Shown: positions 1-9,009 of the stretch, piece after piece | Numbering within the stretch: position 1 is the stretch's first letter | How the letters are laid out: every line of letters starts with the position of its first letter | Assembly (NCBI GenBank): GCA_965214095.1 | Contig: OZ243938.1 | Coordinates: 2,816,001-2,880,000 of the forward strand | Length of the DNA: 64,000 nt | Source of the DNA: Candidatus Poribacteria bacterium | GTDB lineage: Bacteria; Poribacteria; WGA-4E; WGA-3G | Reading direction: 5' to 3' | Translations under genes and position numbers: made by a program | The notes under the pieces: generated by a model | Databases searched by the model: none | What the model was told of the DNA's origin: nothing | What the model saw: the letters and a program-made list of their open reading frames with translations, nothing else

Positions 1-60
1 CCTTTCCTAAGAAAGTTTGTTTCATCACAGAAATCTCTGCAAAGGAACAGTTTATTGCAT

Positions 61-197
61 TATAGTAAAAACCATAATTATTTACACACGACGGTAGGTT
101 CGGTTTCCTAACCGAACCGGTGTTTGTTCAATCTCATAGATGCGGTTAGGAAACCGCATCTACCGGGGAGTGTGCACGTATTTTACATTTCACTATA
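61..197. repeat. TATAGT...ACTATA-bounded miniature element containing an inverted pair of GTAG-type REP hairpins (REPIN-like), copy 1
   Basis: Near-exact reverse complement of 4990-5127. Contains GGTAGGTTCGGTTTCCTAACCGAACC and GATGCGGTTAGGAAACCGCATCTACC. Confidence 0.85.
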
Positions 198-969
198 AGG
201 TGCTTTTCTTGACATTACCCCAGTATGTTGTGAGTTTCCCTTTTGGCTCCACAGGTGTAAGACTTGGTGGATTACTGCCTTCGTAGATAAGTAGGTCATC
301 TATAAATCCTTGTGCGACTGTGGAGTAAACATGGAACGCAACCCACTGTGCAACTGGATTTGTCGCAGCCTTACGGAAGGCGAGTCCTGCTTTTGGTGTG
401 GCTTCACGAGCAGCATCCATGTCATCTCCTACGTAGTAATCAAAGGTACTTTTACTCACATCAGCAACAACGCGAACATATTTCCAAGCATCAAACTGGA
501 AATCATCAATCGCAACCCATGCTGATCCGTCGTAAAGCCGAACAGCGTTTTCATTCCAATTCACATAGACACCACCATCGTTTACTGCAATGTTATCATC
601 AGAAACGACTTTAAGATTGAAAGAGCGACCTGTTCCCTTAATCATTACCCAGAATTCCACTGAAATGATAGGATTTTCAGTGTCAATGGCAACGCCTACT
701 CTGTCATCGTTTGCTCCACCTAAGATGCCGAGTGCTTTATTATCGGTTTTCACAGTGGCATCTGTAACTTGCATCTGATTGCCTCGGACTTCCCAATCTT
801 GCGGGGGTTCACCGACTGTGAATTCTTCAAAACCTGTTTGCAATAACACTTTTTGTGCTAATACGGGTTGTGGAAGAAAGAGACTGGAAACAAATGTGAC
901 TAATAAAATAAATGGTATGATCAGATTGGTATAAGATTTTGACTTGATTCGGTATAAATTGTTATTCAT
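193..969 (-). CDS. Secreted beta-sandwich (ConA/LamG-like) protein with C-terminal PVEPKGKLTTYWGNVK tail
   Basis: 258-aa ORF; signal peptide ending PVLA|Q; beta-rich body; GGAG RBS; tail shared with three other ORFs in the window. Confidence 0.75.
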   Translation of the reverse strand: MNNNLYRIKSKSYTNLIIPFILLVTFVSSLFLPQPVLAQKVLLQTGFEEFTVGEPPQDWEVRGNQMQVTDATVKTDNKALGILGGANDDRVGVAIDTENPIISVEFWVMIKGTGRSFNLKVVSDDNIAVNDGGVYVNWNENAVRLYDGSAWVAIDDFQFDAWKYVRVVADVSKSTFDYYVGDDMDAAREATPKAGLAFRKAATNPVAQWVAFHVYSTVAQGFIDDLLIYEGSNPPSLTPVEPKGKLTTYWGNVKKSTL

Positions 970-1066
970 TATGTTCTCCGTGATTGTAATTAATTATAGG
1001 TTTGCTAACCCTGGTTGGTTAGATAGTAATATTGACTGATTAATATTTCATGAAAATTCACAGTAT

Positions 1067-1687
1067 TCAATTACCTTGCTCTACACACGCTTTTATGCCA
1101 TCAACAAATATCTGAAAACTTTTTGATCTATTGCGACTCGGTTCCATGTGTTGTGCGATGTTACGCGCTACTTCGGTTTTAGGTAGTTTTCCTGTATAAT
1201 ACCGATTTCGTATCAGTAAACGTTCTAATGCTTCGGCCGTTCCCCCTGTAATTGCATCTGAATCTCGATATTTTCTTTGATATTGAAGTGTTTCTGATAT
1301 TTTTGGATATGCTTCATGCAGAGCCGTTATGTCTCCAAAAAACCATGCCTCCAATTCTTCAATTGCTATTCGGTTGACCACTTGAAAATCACCAATAGGC
1401 AGTGTACTGGATTTTGTGACCAGATTCGCATCAAGTGCGGCGTTTTCCATTTGTGATTTGAGTTTGTGGCAATTTTGCCTATCTTCATCAATAAGTACCA
1501 CAATCCTCCAATCTTTGGGAACCCATGTAGAGTATCCTCTCATCCGCATTGGTAGTTTTTTAAGCAAATCTGATTTACCTTGAAAAACATGCAATTTAAA
1601 GGTGACATCGTCTGGGAGAATCTTGGGTAAAATATAATTCAATGCTACTTCTGCCGAACGTTCCTCCAAAAGGAATTCAATATGCAT
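1067..1687 (-). CDS. DUF4276-family (TOPRIM-like) protein
   Basis: N-terminal IEFLLEE, LIDED (DxD) and IEELEAWF motifs, C-terminal NRSKSF; starts 2 bp after the ATPase stop. Confidence 0.75.
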   Translation of the reverse strand: MHIEFLLEERSAEVALNYILPKILPDDVTFKLHVFQGKSDLLKKLPMRMRGYSTWVPKDWRIVVLIDEDRQNCHKLKSQMENAALDANLVTKSSTLPIGDFQVVNRIAIEELEAWFFGDITALHEAYPKISETLQYQRKYRDSDAITGGTAEALERLLIRNRYYTGKLPKTEVARNIAQHMEPSRNRSKSFQIFVDGIKACVEQGN

Positions 1688-1689
1688 AC

Positions 1690-2904
1690 TTACCCCTTCT
1701 TTGGACCGCCTGCATTGGTTAACGGATCGCCGAATTCAAAATAACCCTCCATCCACAGTTGTCCTAACTTAGCACCAGTTTTTAGAAACTCATTAATTCC
1801 TTGCATTTCCGATGTGCGTTTGCACACAGTAAAACCTTGTTCGTCTCTATATAACACCCATACCTCATCTGCGCGAAATTCATTAACAAATTGTGGTGAA
1901 TGCGTAGTAATCATGAGCTGCGACAAGGCTGAGACCTGATGACATTCCTCTGCTAATCCAGATAATAGACGTGGATGCAAATAGTTTTCAGGTTCTTCAA
2001 TTCCAATCAACTGAGGTGGTTCGGGATCATATAACAGTGTCAAGTAAGACAACATCTTTAACGTGCCATCGGAGGCAAATTTTGCCAAAATAGGTTGATC
2101 AAACGGAGCATCTTTAATTTGTAACAGAAGCCGCCCATCTAACATGATCTCTGCGTCTACCTTCTCTAAACGCGGTACCCTTCTGGACAGAATTGAGAGG
2201 ATATCATTCAAACGAACTTGATGTTGCTCTTTCAAATATTGGATGACGTTTGGTAAATTATCGCCCGATTCGGACAACCTTTCTTGAGGTCCAGCTTCCG
2301 AAACACCACGTGTTGCATCAGCAGAAAGATAAGAGAGGTGCCAACCTGTAATAAACCTTCGGAGTGCACTGACACGTGGATGTCTCGCCAATTGACCTAA
2401 TGTGCTGACAGCAATCATTGATGAATCATCAAGTTGCTCAGTTATCCGTTCTTCATCTTCATCAGGTGTTTCCCCTCCAATAACACGGCCTGCACCATCC
2501 TGAAAATCAAGGAACCGAAACGGTTTACCTCTACTACCGCGCCGCCACTGTAACCATTCGGCATTAACGTAAGGACCTTTCGTTTCCTCACCAATTGCTA
2601 AATGATAAGTGATAATTGGTGTGTTGGGTCTTTCACGATATTTTAACTCAAATTCAATGGGTCCTTCACTTCCCCGTGTTCTTAGTTCTTTAAACCGTCC
2701 CCGTTTGTCCCATGCTCTGCGTAGACCTTCTGTAAAACAATCAGAAAGAAATGCAAAAACATCAAAAAGCGTTGATTTACCACTGCCGTTTGACCCTAAA
2801 AAAGCAGTAAGCGGTGTGATTTTTTTTAATTCAACATCACGTAACGCGCGGTAGTTTTTCACCCGCAATGCCTCAATGCGGGGTACAGTTTGTTTTGTTT
2901 GCAT
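1690..2904 (-). CDS. ABC-type ATPase (AAA_21/AAA_15 family)
   Basis: Walker A GSNGSGKS, signature ASDGTLK, Walker [14 protein letters not shown]-loop TTHSP. Confidence 0.9.
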   Translation of the reverse strand: MQTKQTVPRIEALRVKNYRALRDVELKKITPLTAFLGSNGSGKSTLFDVFAFLSDCFTEGLRRAWDKRGRFKELRTRGSEGPIEFELKYRERPNTPIITYHLAIGEETKGPYVNAEWLQWRRGSRGKPFRFLDFQDGAGRVIGGETPDEDEERITEQLDDSSMIAVSTLGQLARHPRVSALRRFITGWHLSYLSADATRGVSEAGPQERLSESGDNLPNVIQYLKEQHQVRLNDILSILSRRVPRLEKVDAEIMLDGRLLLQIKDAPFDQPILAKFASDGTLKMLSYLTLLYDPEPPQLIGIEEPENYLHPRLLSGLAEECHQVSALSQLMITTHSPQFVNEFRADEVWVLYRDEQGFTVCKRTSEMQGINEFLKTGAKLGQLWMEGYFEFGDPLTNAGGPKKG

Positions 2905-2965
2905 CTAATATCTCCATTTGACTTGCATTCTCTAAACTAATCTGTCTAAATAATACTGATGAAAT

Positions 2966-3745
2966 TTACGGCATCCAGATGTTCCATTCTCCTCTTTTTT
3001 GCCAAGGTCGACATTCATAGCACAAACACATAAAACGAATTGCAAAGCGCGGAGATTTTCCAGCATTTAACGTACTAGCATGCGGCAATAGATGGTGAAA
3101 CAAGAGAACATCCCCCTGTTTTGCAACAACTTCCATCGGTTCACCCAAATCAATCTCTGGCAAATGTGTTAGCATAATTTGGACATTATCGGAAAGACTT
3201 GGATTTTGTTTGCGGTATTCACGAATACGCTGTGGACCCTCAGGCCAAATCACCGTCGTGCCTTGATGGGAATTGGCATCAGTAAGATAGGTTAAACTGG
3301 ATGCGCGAAATGTGCCTGGATCCAATCGTAAATCTCTTGAGTAACCATCTAAATGAGGTAAAGGTGTCCTCCATTCATCATCAATGGGAAATTGATTCAT
3401 TGCCCAGATGGCATCTGGCTCTTTGCTTTTACAATGCGGGATGGTCGGATATTGTTCAGCAAGTTGATTTAGGACGGTAAGATAATCTGGTGTGCAACAT
3501 GCCAACAAATCTGGATGCGTTACACCGAAAAGCTCAATACGCTTTTCGTGTGCCATGTTCTCTATGTAAAAACCAGTGAGAAATGGACGTTGGATGTTTT
3601 CCCAAGAGTCTGGATTGCTGGATTCCATTCCCATGCAATTCCACATTGCTTTTTCTGCCTTTGCGATGGTCTTATTCGGAATCAACCCCGACAGTAACAA
3701 GTATCCCCTTTCATCAAACTGCTTTAACTGTGCTGTTGAAAGCAT
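2966..3745 (-). CDS. Phytanoyl-CoA dioxygenase (PhyH) family Fe(II)/2-oxoglutarate dioxygenase
   Basis: MLSxxQLKQFDERGYL start, PHLD (HxD), GDVLLFHHLLPH and PRFAI motifs. Confidence 0.85.
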   Translation of the reverse strand: MLSTAQLKQFDERGYLLLSGLIPNKTIAKAEKAMWNCMGMESSNPDSWENIQRPFLTGFYIENMAHEKRIELFGVTHPDLLACCTPDYLTVLNQLAEQYPTIPHCKSKEPDAIWAMNQFPIDDEWRTPLPHLDGYSRDLRLDPGTFRASSLTYLTDANSHQGTTVIWPEGPQRIREYRKQNPSLSDNVQIMLTHLPEIDLGEPMEVVAKQGDVLLFHHLLPHASTLNAGKSPRFAIRFMCLCYECRPWQKRGEWNIWMP

Positions 3746-3808
3746 CGAATGTCCCTTTGTTATTTCGCTTAATTAATTTTGAATGTATATGAAAGTATAA
3801 TATTAATG

Positions 3809-4102
3809 TTATGACAAATAAATCCAAGACCATAATATTACCCAAGAAACCGATAGGATTAAGAATGATATATTCCCTACCATCTGTGAAGGATTTAATG
3901 TTATTTTTTCGCCAGCAAATATAAAGTAATATGAAAATATACTCCAGATTATTACAATTCCTCCCAAAATGGAAGTCCACAAAAAATGTCCTGAACCAAT
4001 ATTTAGGTATTGGATCAAGATATCCACATTTATCAGTGAAAGTCCGACAAAAATTGCTATTAGCACATTTCTTTTATTATCACTCAAAAGATTGAATTTC
4101 AT
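3809..4102 (-). CDS. Small membrane protein (about 3 TM), unknown function
   Basis: 97 aa with three hydrophobic segments; GAGG RBS; co-oriented between ppk2 and the PhyH gene; very AT-rich. Confidence 0.55.
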   Translation of the reverse strand: MKFNLLSDNKRNVLIAIFVGLSLINVDILIQYLNIGSGHFLWTSILGGIVIIWSIFSYYFIFAGEKITLNPSQMVGNISFLILSVSWVILWSWIYLS

Positions 4103-4122
4103 AACTTGTCCTCGACTAATCT

Positions 4123-4950
4123 TTAGTCAACACGTAATATAGATACATCAGAATTCGGTTTTGGGAATTTCATATCTAAATTCTCAAGAGTTTCAACGAT
4201 ACGTTCTGTGATAATAAGATTCCGATACCACTTTTTGTTCGCTGGGATTATATACCATGGTGCCCATTCTGTACTGCATTTGTGTAGCACAGATTCATAC
4301 GCCTGCATGTAATCGTCCCAGTAAGCGCGTTCCCGGATATCCGCTTCAGTGATTTTCCAATGTTTTGTGGGGTCGTTGATGCGGGATTCAAGCCGCTCTT
4401 TCTGTTCGTCCTTAGATATATGAAGGAAGAATTTCAGGATGACTGTTCCGTTTTCCACGAGCATCCTTTCAAAATCGTTTATCTGCTGGTAGCGTTGTTT
4501 CCAAACCGATTCTGGTACAAGGTCATGCACCCGCACAACAAGGACATCTTCATAATGTGACCGGTTGAAAATTCCGATTTTTCCTTTTCGTGGTACGGCT
4601 CTATGTGCACGCCACAAAAAATCTCGTGAAACTTCGTCCGCTGTCGGGACTTTGAAATTAACTACATCACAACCTTGCACATTTATACCTGTCATTACCC
4701 GCCTAATAGTACCGTCCTTACCACATGTATCCATTCCTTGTAGGATTATTAGAAGGGCATGCTGACTTTCAGCGTAAAGTAGTTCCTGAAGTTTGAGTAG
4801 ACGTTTATTCAGTTTCTTTAAGGGTTTTTTCGTTTCACCTTTTTTACGATAAGCCCCTGTATAATCCGGAATATGTTCGGGGTTACAATCATTTTCAACC
4901 CCGCTGAGACCAATTTTTTCAACGGGCTTAACAATAAAAGGTTGCTTCAT
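4123..4950 (-). CDS. ppk2: Polyphosphate kinase 2 family protein
   Basis: LQGMDTCGKDG Walker A, FNRSHYEDVL and KFFLHISKDEQ motifs. Start moved to ATG 4950 (MKQPF) because it has a GGAGG RBS and the ORF-track extension runs through the repeat. Confidence 0.9.
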   Translation of the reverse strand: MKQPFIVKPVEKIGLSGVENDCNPEHIPDYTGAYRKKGETKKPLKKLNKRLLKLQELLYAESQHALLIILQGMDTCGKDGTIRRVMTGINVQGCDVVNFKVPTADEVSRDFLWRAHRAVPRKGKIGIFNRSHYEDVLVVRVHDLVPESVWKQRYQQINDFERMLVENGTVILKFFLHISKDEQKERLESRINDPTKHWKITEADIRERAYWDDYMQAYESVLHKCSTEWAPWYIIPANKKWYRNLIITERIVETLENLDMKFPKPNSDVSILRVD

Positions 4951-4989
4951 TGCGATCCTCCAAATATTCAAGGTGTATGTGAAATAGAT

Positions 4990-5127
4990 TATAGTGAAAT
5001 GTAAAAATACGTGCAGGCTCCACGGTAGATGCGGTTTCCTAACCGCATCTATGAGACTGAGCAAACACCGGTTCGGTTAGGAAACCGAACCTACCGTAGT
5101 GTGTGAATAATTATGGTTTTTACTATA
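4990..5127. repeat. TATAGT...ACTATA-bounded miniature element with REP doublet, copy 2 (inverted relative to copy 1)
   Basis: Reverse complement matches 61-197 with only a few substitutions and one indel. Confidence 0.85.
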
Positions 5128-5197
5128 AATCCAATAGTTGGACAAACGGAACTTGCCGAATTGTCCCTACTGGAATGGTTAACCTATCCGATTCTGC

Positions 5198-8100
5198 TTA
5201 CTTCGCTAAAGATTCGTAGTAGTTATCGACGAGTTTACGATATTCGGGTGGAACATCTTCTTTTGCGACTTGAGTCAGTTGTTTTTTCTCTTGAAGCATG
5301 TTGAGACGTTTTTCTAATGCTTCCTCCAATTTTCTCAGGTCACGTATAGCGAATTCATAATTGGGGAAGGGTTGCGAACGTCGTCCTGCTGGCGGCTGCA
5401 TAGAATCGATCATCTCAAGCCATAGTTCTTTTATTTCGCGATTGGATTCTACCCCACCGCGTGGTAAGTCATTTTCATTTTCTCCCTGACCGTTCTGCCC
5501 GGGTTGCTGCCCTTGTTGTGCTTCTTGACCGGGTTGCTGTCCAGGTTGTTGACCTTCTTGTTGTCCTTCTTGACTCGGTTCCTGTCCTTGTTGTCCAGGT
5601 TGTTGACCTTCTTGAGCGTTTTGCATGGCTTGTTGTGCCTCTTGCATCCGTTCCATTAACTGCTGTTGCTGTTCGGCAAGTTGCTGTTGTCGTTGTTGTT
5701 GCTCCGCAGTCTGTTCTTGCCCTTCCATTCCTTCAAGTTCACGTTGAATGTCCTGCATCTGTTCTTCAAAACTCTGAAGTTGATCCAGTGCAGCTTCCAA
5801 TTGTTCCTCTTCATTTGTTGCCATATTGGCTCGTGCCTGTTGAAGATCTGCTTGTGTCTCTTGAAGCGTTTCAAGTACTTCTTGCTGATTCAGATCAGCG
5901 GATTGCAAACTACGCCATTGTAGTGCGCGTTGTGCGGTTGCCATATCTTCCGATGTCTGTTCTTCCGCAAGTCGTCTTGATGCGTCTGAAACATTTTCCG
6001 CCGCCTCTGGATTGTCTTGGTTGAGTTGTTGTTGAAGGTTGCCCAAATCTTCTTCAAGCGATTCTAAGTCGCGTTGCAATTGTCGCTGCTCATTTGCAAG
6101 TTCGGAGGCTTGCCGATAATCATCGGGAGTCATACCCGATTGCTGAGACCTGTTTCTTAACTCCTGTGTTTGTTGTTGAACAACGGATTGTTCCTCTGTC
6201 AACTGTTGGAGTTGTTGGTTGGCTCTTTCAAGAGCGTTTTCGGAGAATTCAGCTGCAGCTCTTTCAAGTTGATCAATAGCTTCCTCAAGTCTTTCCTCAG
6301 CTTTTTCACCCTTCGCGGCACTCATCTGGGGTTGTTGCTGCTCCATCCCTTGTGATGCTTGCTGCATTTGCTCACCTGCTTGTTGCATCGACTGTCCGGC
6401 TTGACTGAGACGTTGTTGTTGAGGATTTTGCGCATTGCCCTGCATTTGGGAAAGTTGTTCTGACATCTGTTGTGCCTGCTGAGATAATTGTTCCTGTTGT
6501 TGGCTATTCTGTTGCATATCACTCGGAGAAGGTTGATCTTGTCTCCCTAATTCTTGACTCTGTTGATTAAGATTTTGTTGTTGTGATAGCATTTCACGTG
6601 CTTGGTCTAACATCTCCTGGGTCTGTTCTTGCATCTCTTGATCAAGTTCTTCCTGATCTTGCTCAAGTTCACTTTCAAGCTCCTCCATTTCAATTTCAAA
6701 GTCCTCAGCGAGTTGAGGTTGACTGGCTCTCGCCTGCATCAGGACTTTAGGTATAGCAAGATTGACTTTATTGAGCAGCTCCAATGCAGCTTGTTCAGGT
6801 GGCATTGCTTCAACAGGTTGGACAGCATTCAAGTTATCTCTCGCTTCACCCATTTTATCAATCGCTTCTTCAAGGTTCATCATGATTTCTGGGTCAACTT
6901 GCATCTCTTGCATCGCCATACTTAACTCATCCGCTACACGTTGTGTTTTATCTTTCAAGTCAGATTGCTTTTTTCCAGTCTGTTTAACGGCAGTACTATA
7001 TTCATCCGTAACCGATGGCGGTTGTGAGTTGATGTGCTTCCAAGTCTCGCGGATGATCTGCTTCTGTGATGCAATTACCTCCAACAAAGGATTTGGCATA
7101 CTTTCTTCAGCTTCAACTTGTCCACCATCTTCAAGCCGCTGATTAAAGGGTTTGATCTCTATGAAGTAAATTTCACTACTCGCTTCACCTGGTCCAGTTA
7201 GTGTGTTATTGTCAATAGCATGTGCATAGTATGAGATCACTTCACCAGGTTCAATATCAAACTCTTCCAAATAGAAGGTATATGTGCCAGACCGCAGATG
7301 TTTTCCAGATCCTACATCAGCATTTTCACCAGTAGATTCTAAAGGGATCTCCTTCAATTCACCTGCACCGATGCGATACATAAGGTTTAACTTATCAACG
7401 CCGAAGTCATCTGTAGCCTCAGCAACGATTTCTACCTCTTCCAATTTTGATGCTTTGACATCGCGTCCGGGTTCTTTGATTACCACTTCAGGGACATTGT
7501 CGGGTAAGGCTTTGATAGTATATTCAATCGGAATTTCATTCTTGAACTCATCAATACAGAAGAGTTCAACAGTATATTTTCCATCTTCACGCACATCTAT
7601 CGTATGTGTAAGAATGTTCCCATCAGCAATGTTCATTTCAACAGATGTAGAAGGATCTGCGTCATCTGTAACATCTTCCGCAATTATGGTTGCCGCTTCT
7701 GAACTTTGCTGGGTGAATGTTGCTTTCTGTATCACTTTATTGGTTGTCATACGGATTTCTGCTGTTGTGCCTACGACTGCTTGTATATCACCACTTCCTT
7801 GCTGCACAACAGGGCCAAGATCTGTATATTCAGGATATACATAAGAGACAGAAATATCTTCAACCCGTGGCATTTCAAACACTTCGACGGTATACCGTTC
7901 AGAGGTGGTTTCATTTGCTACAACATAGTATTCCATGTCGGCTTCTATATTGAATATTTCATAAGCAAACCCGCGTTTGTCCTCGGGGTTCTGCAACATA
8001 TTGATTTCCTGTTTACTTCCTTCACTTTCTGCTGTCGGTGGTGTGTCTTTGTCATAATATGTTAGGACCGCCTTCTCCGCATCCTTGCCCGTAACAACGA

Positions 8101-8749
8101 CCTCAATAGGTAGACTTTTTCCACGCAGGATACGATCATTTCCGGGTGTGACCTTAACTTTTGTCGTCAAAATCGGGTCAGTTTTCTCCCATGGCACAAA
8201 TATTCGCATCAAACTTGTTCGAGTTTCTGATGGAAAAAGAAGGGAAAGCAAACAACACGCCGCAAAGACTAAAAATGCAATACCTACAAATTTACGGGTA
8301 CGACTGTGATCAACCGTTGTTTTGAAATCTATGCCTTTTATACGTTCTGTTGTATCTTCAAGCAACCGTTGTAGCATGTGCGCCTCTATCGGATCATCTG
8401 ATTCACGGGCACCGAATTGGACTGCACTAACAAGTCTGTCTTCAAGATTTGGATGGCTCTGTTCAACGTTCAGAGCGACATCTCGCAGTGTTAGTGATGC
8501 TCTCAAAGGTTGAATTAAATGTTTATAAAGTAGGTAAAGTGTTGCTCCAACTATCCCCGCAAGTAAAACAATGCGTACAGGACTTGGGAGTGGCATCAAC
8601 CAATCAACGACTGATCCTCCGATTAGAATTGCCAAGAGTCCGATCAGCACGATAGCCAAACCTGTCCAGAATAGACTCCGTTTCCATACCCGTCTCGCGT
8701 CCAATATTCTTGCCTGCAGTTCTGCGTAACCTTCTCTTGTGTTCATCAT
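5198..8749 (-). CDS. Large membrane-anchored protein with Ig-like domains and a Q/E-rich coiled coil (DUF4175-like)
   Basis: N-terminal TMs, LEDRLVSAVQF, ATDDFGV, long Q-rich helical region, C-terminal VPPEYRKLVDNYYESL. Confidence 0.75.
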   Translation of the reverse strand: MMNTREGYAELQARILDARRVWKRSLFWTGLAIVLIGLLAILIGGSVVDWLMPLPSPVRIVLLAGIVGATLYLLYKHLIQPLRASLTLRDVALNVEQSHPNLEDRLVSAVQFGARESDDPIEAHMLQRLLEDTTERIKGIDFKTTVDHSRTRKFVGIAFLVFAACCLLSLLFPSETRTSLMRIFVPWEKTDPILTTKVKVTPGNDRILRGKSLPIEVVVTGKDAEKAVLTYYDKDTPPTAESEGSKQEINMLQNPEDKRGFAYEIFNIEADMEYYVVANETTSERYTVEVFEMPRVEDISVSYVYPEYTDLGPVVQQGSGDIQAVVGTTAEIRMTTNKVIQKATFTQQSSEAATIIAEDVTDDADPSTSVEMNIADGNILTHTIDVREDGKYTVELFCIDEFKNEIPIEYTIKALPDNVPEVVIKEPGRDVKASKLEEVEIVAEATDDFGVDKLNLMYRIGAGELKEIPLESTGENADVGSGKHLRSGTYTFYLEEFDIEPGEVISYYAHAIDNNTLTGPGEASSEIYFIEIKPFNQRLEDGGQVEAEESMPNPLLEVIASQKQIIRETWKHINSQPPSVTDEYSTAVKQTGKKQSDLKDKTQRVADELSMAMQEMQVDPEIMMNLEEAIDKMGEARDNLNAVQPVEAMPPEQAALELLNKVNLAIPKVLMQARASQPQLAEDFEIEMEELESELEQDQEELDQEMQEQTQEMLDQAREMLSQQQNLNQQSQELGRQDQPSPSDMQQNSQQQEQLSQQAQQMSEQLSQMQGNAQNPQQQRLSQAGQSMQQAGEQMQQASQGMEQQQPQMSAAKGEKAEERLEEAIDQLERAAAEFSENALERANQQLQQLTEEQSVVQQQTQELRNRSQQSGMTPDDYRQASELANEQRQLQRDLESLEEDLGNLQQQLNQDNPEAAENVSDASRRLAEEQTSEDMATAQRALQWRSLQSADLNQQEVLETLQETQADLQQARANMATNEEEQLEAALDQLQSFEEQMQDIQRELEGMEGQEQTAEQQQRQQQLAEQQQQLMERMQEAQQAMQNAQEGQQPGQQGQEPSQEGQQEGQQPGQQPGQEAQQGQQPGQNGQGENENDLPRGGVESNREIKELWLEMIDSMQPPAGRRSQPFPNYEFAIRDLRKLEEALEKRLNMLQEKKQLTQVAKEDVPPEYRKLVDNYYESLAK

Positions 8750-9009
8750 TACTCCTCTGTTCTTATCCGATTTTGGGATGAAATAAAATATCCTAAGTTT
8801 ACGTCAATTGGATTTATGACCTTATGTATTAGACTGATATGTTACAAAAATGTTTTTAGAAAGTAGAACTGATGTACTCTCAATACAAATCAAGGTTTTC
8901 TATCTAATATAACAAATTATCTATTAATATAGCAAGGATATTTTGATATCAGCGTAATTCAATTGTCGCGATTACCGAGTGTTGGATATTGACAATTGAT
9001 TCTATTTAC

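Noticed and set aside
4951-5064. N-terminal extension of ppk2
   Set aside because: It reads through the repeat element, and a good RBS precedes ATG 4950.
61-5127. CRISPR array from the palindromic repeats
   Set aside because: The repeats are dispersed inverted doublets, not direct repeats with unique spacers, and there are no cas genes.
5461-8655. Long + strand ORFs (e.g. 5461-6024, 7284-7844)
   Set aside because: Antisense shadows of the Q/E-rich 1183-aa gene with low-complexity V/L/S composition.
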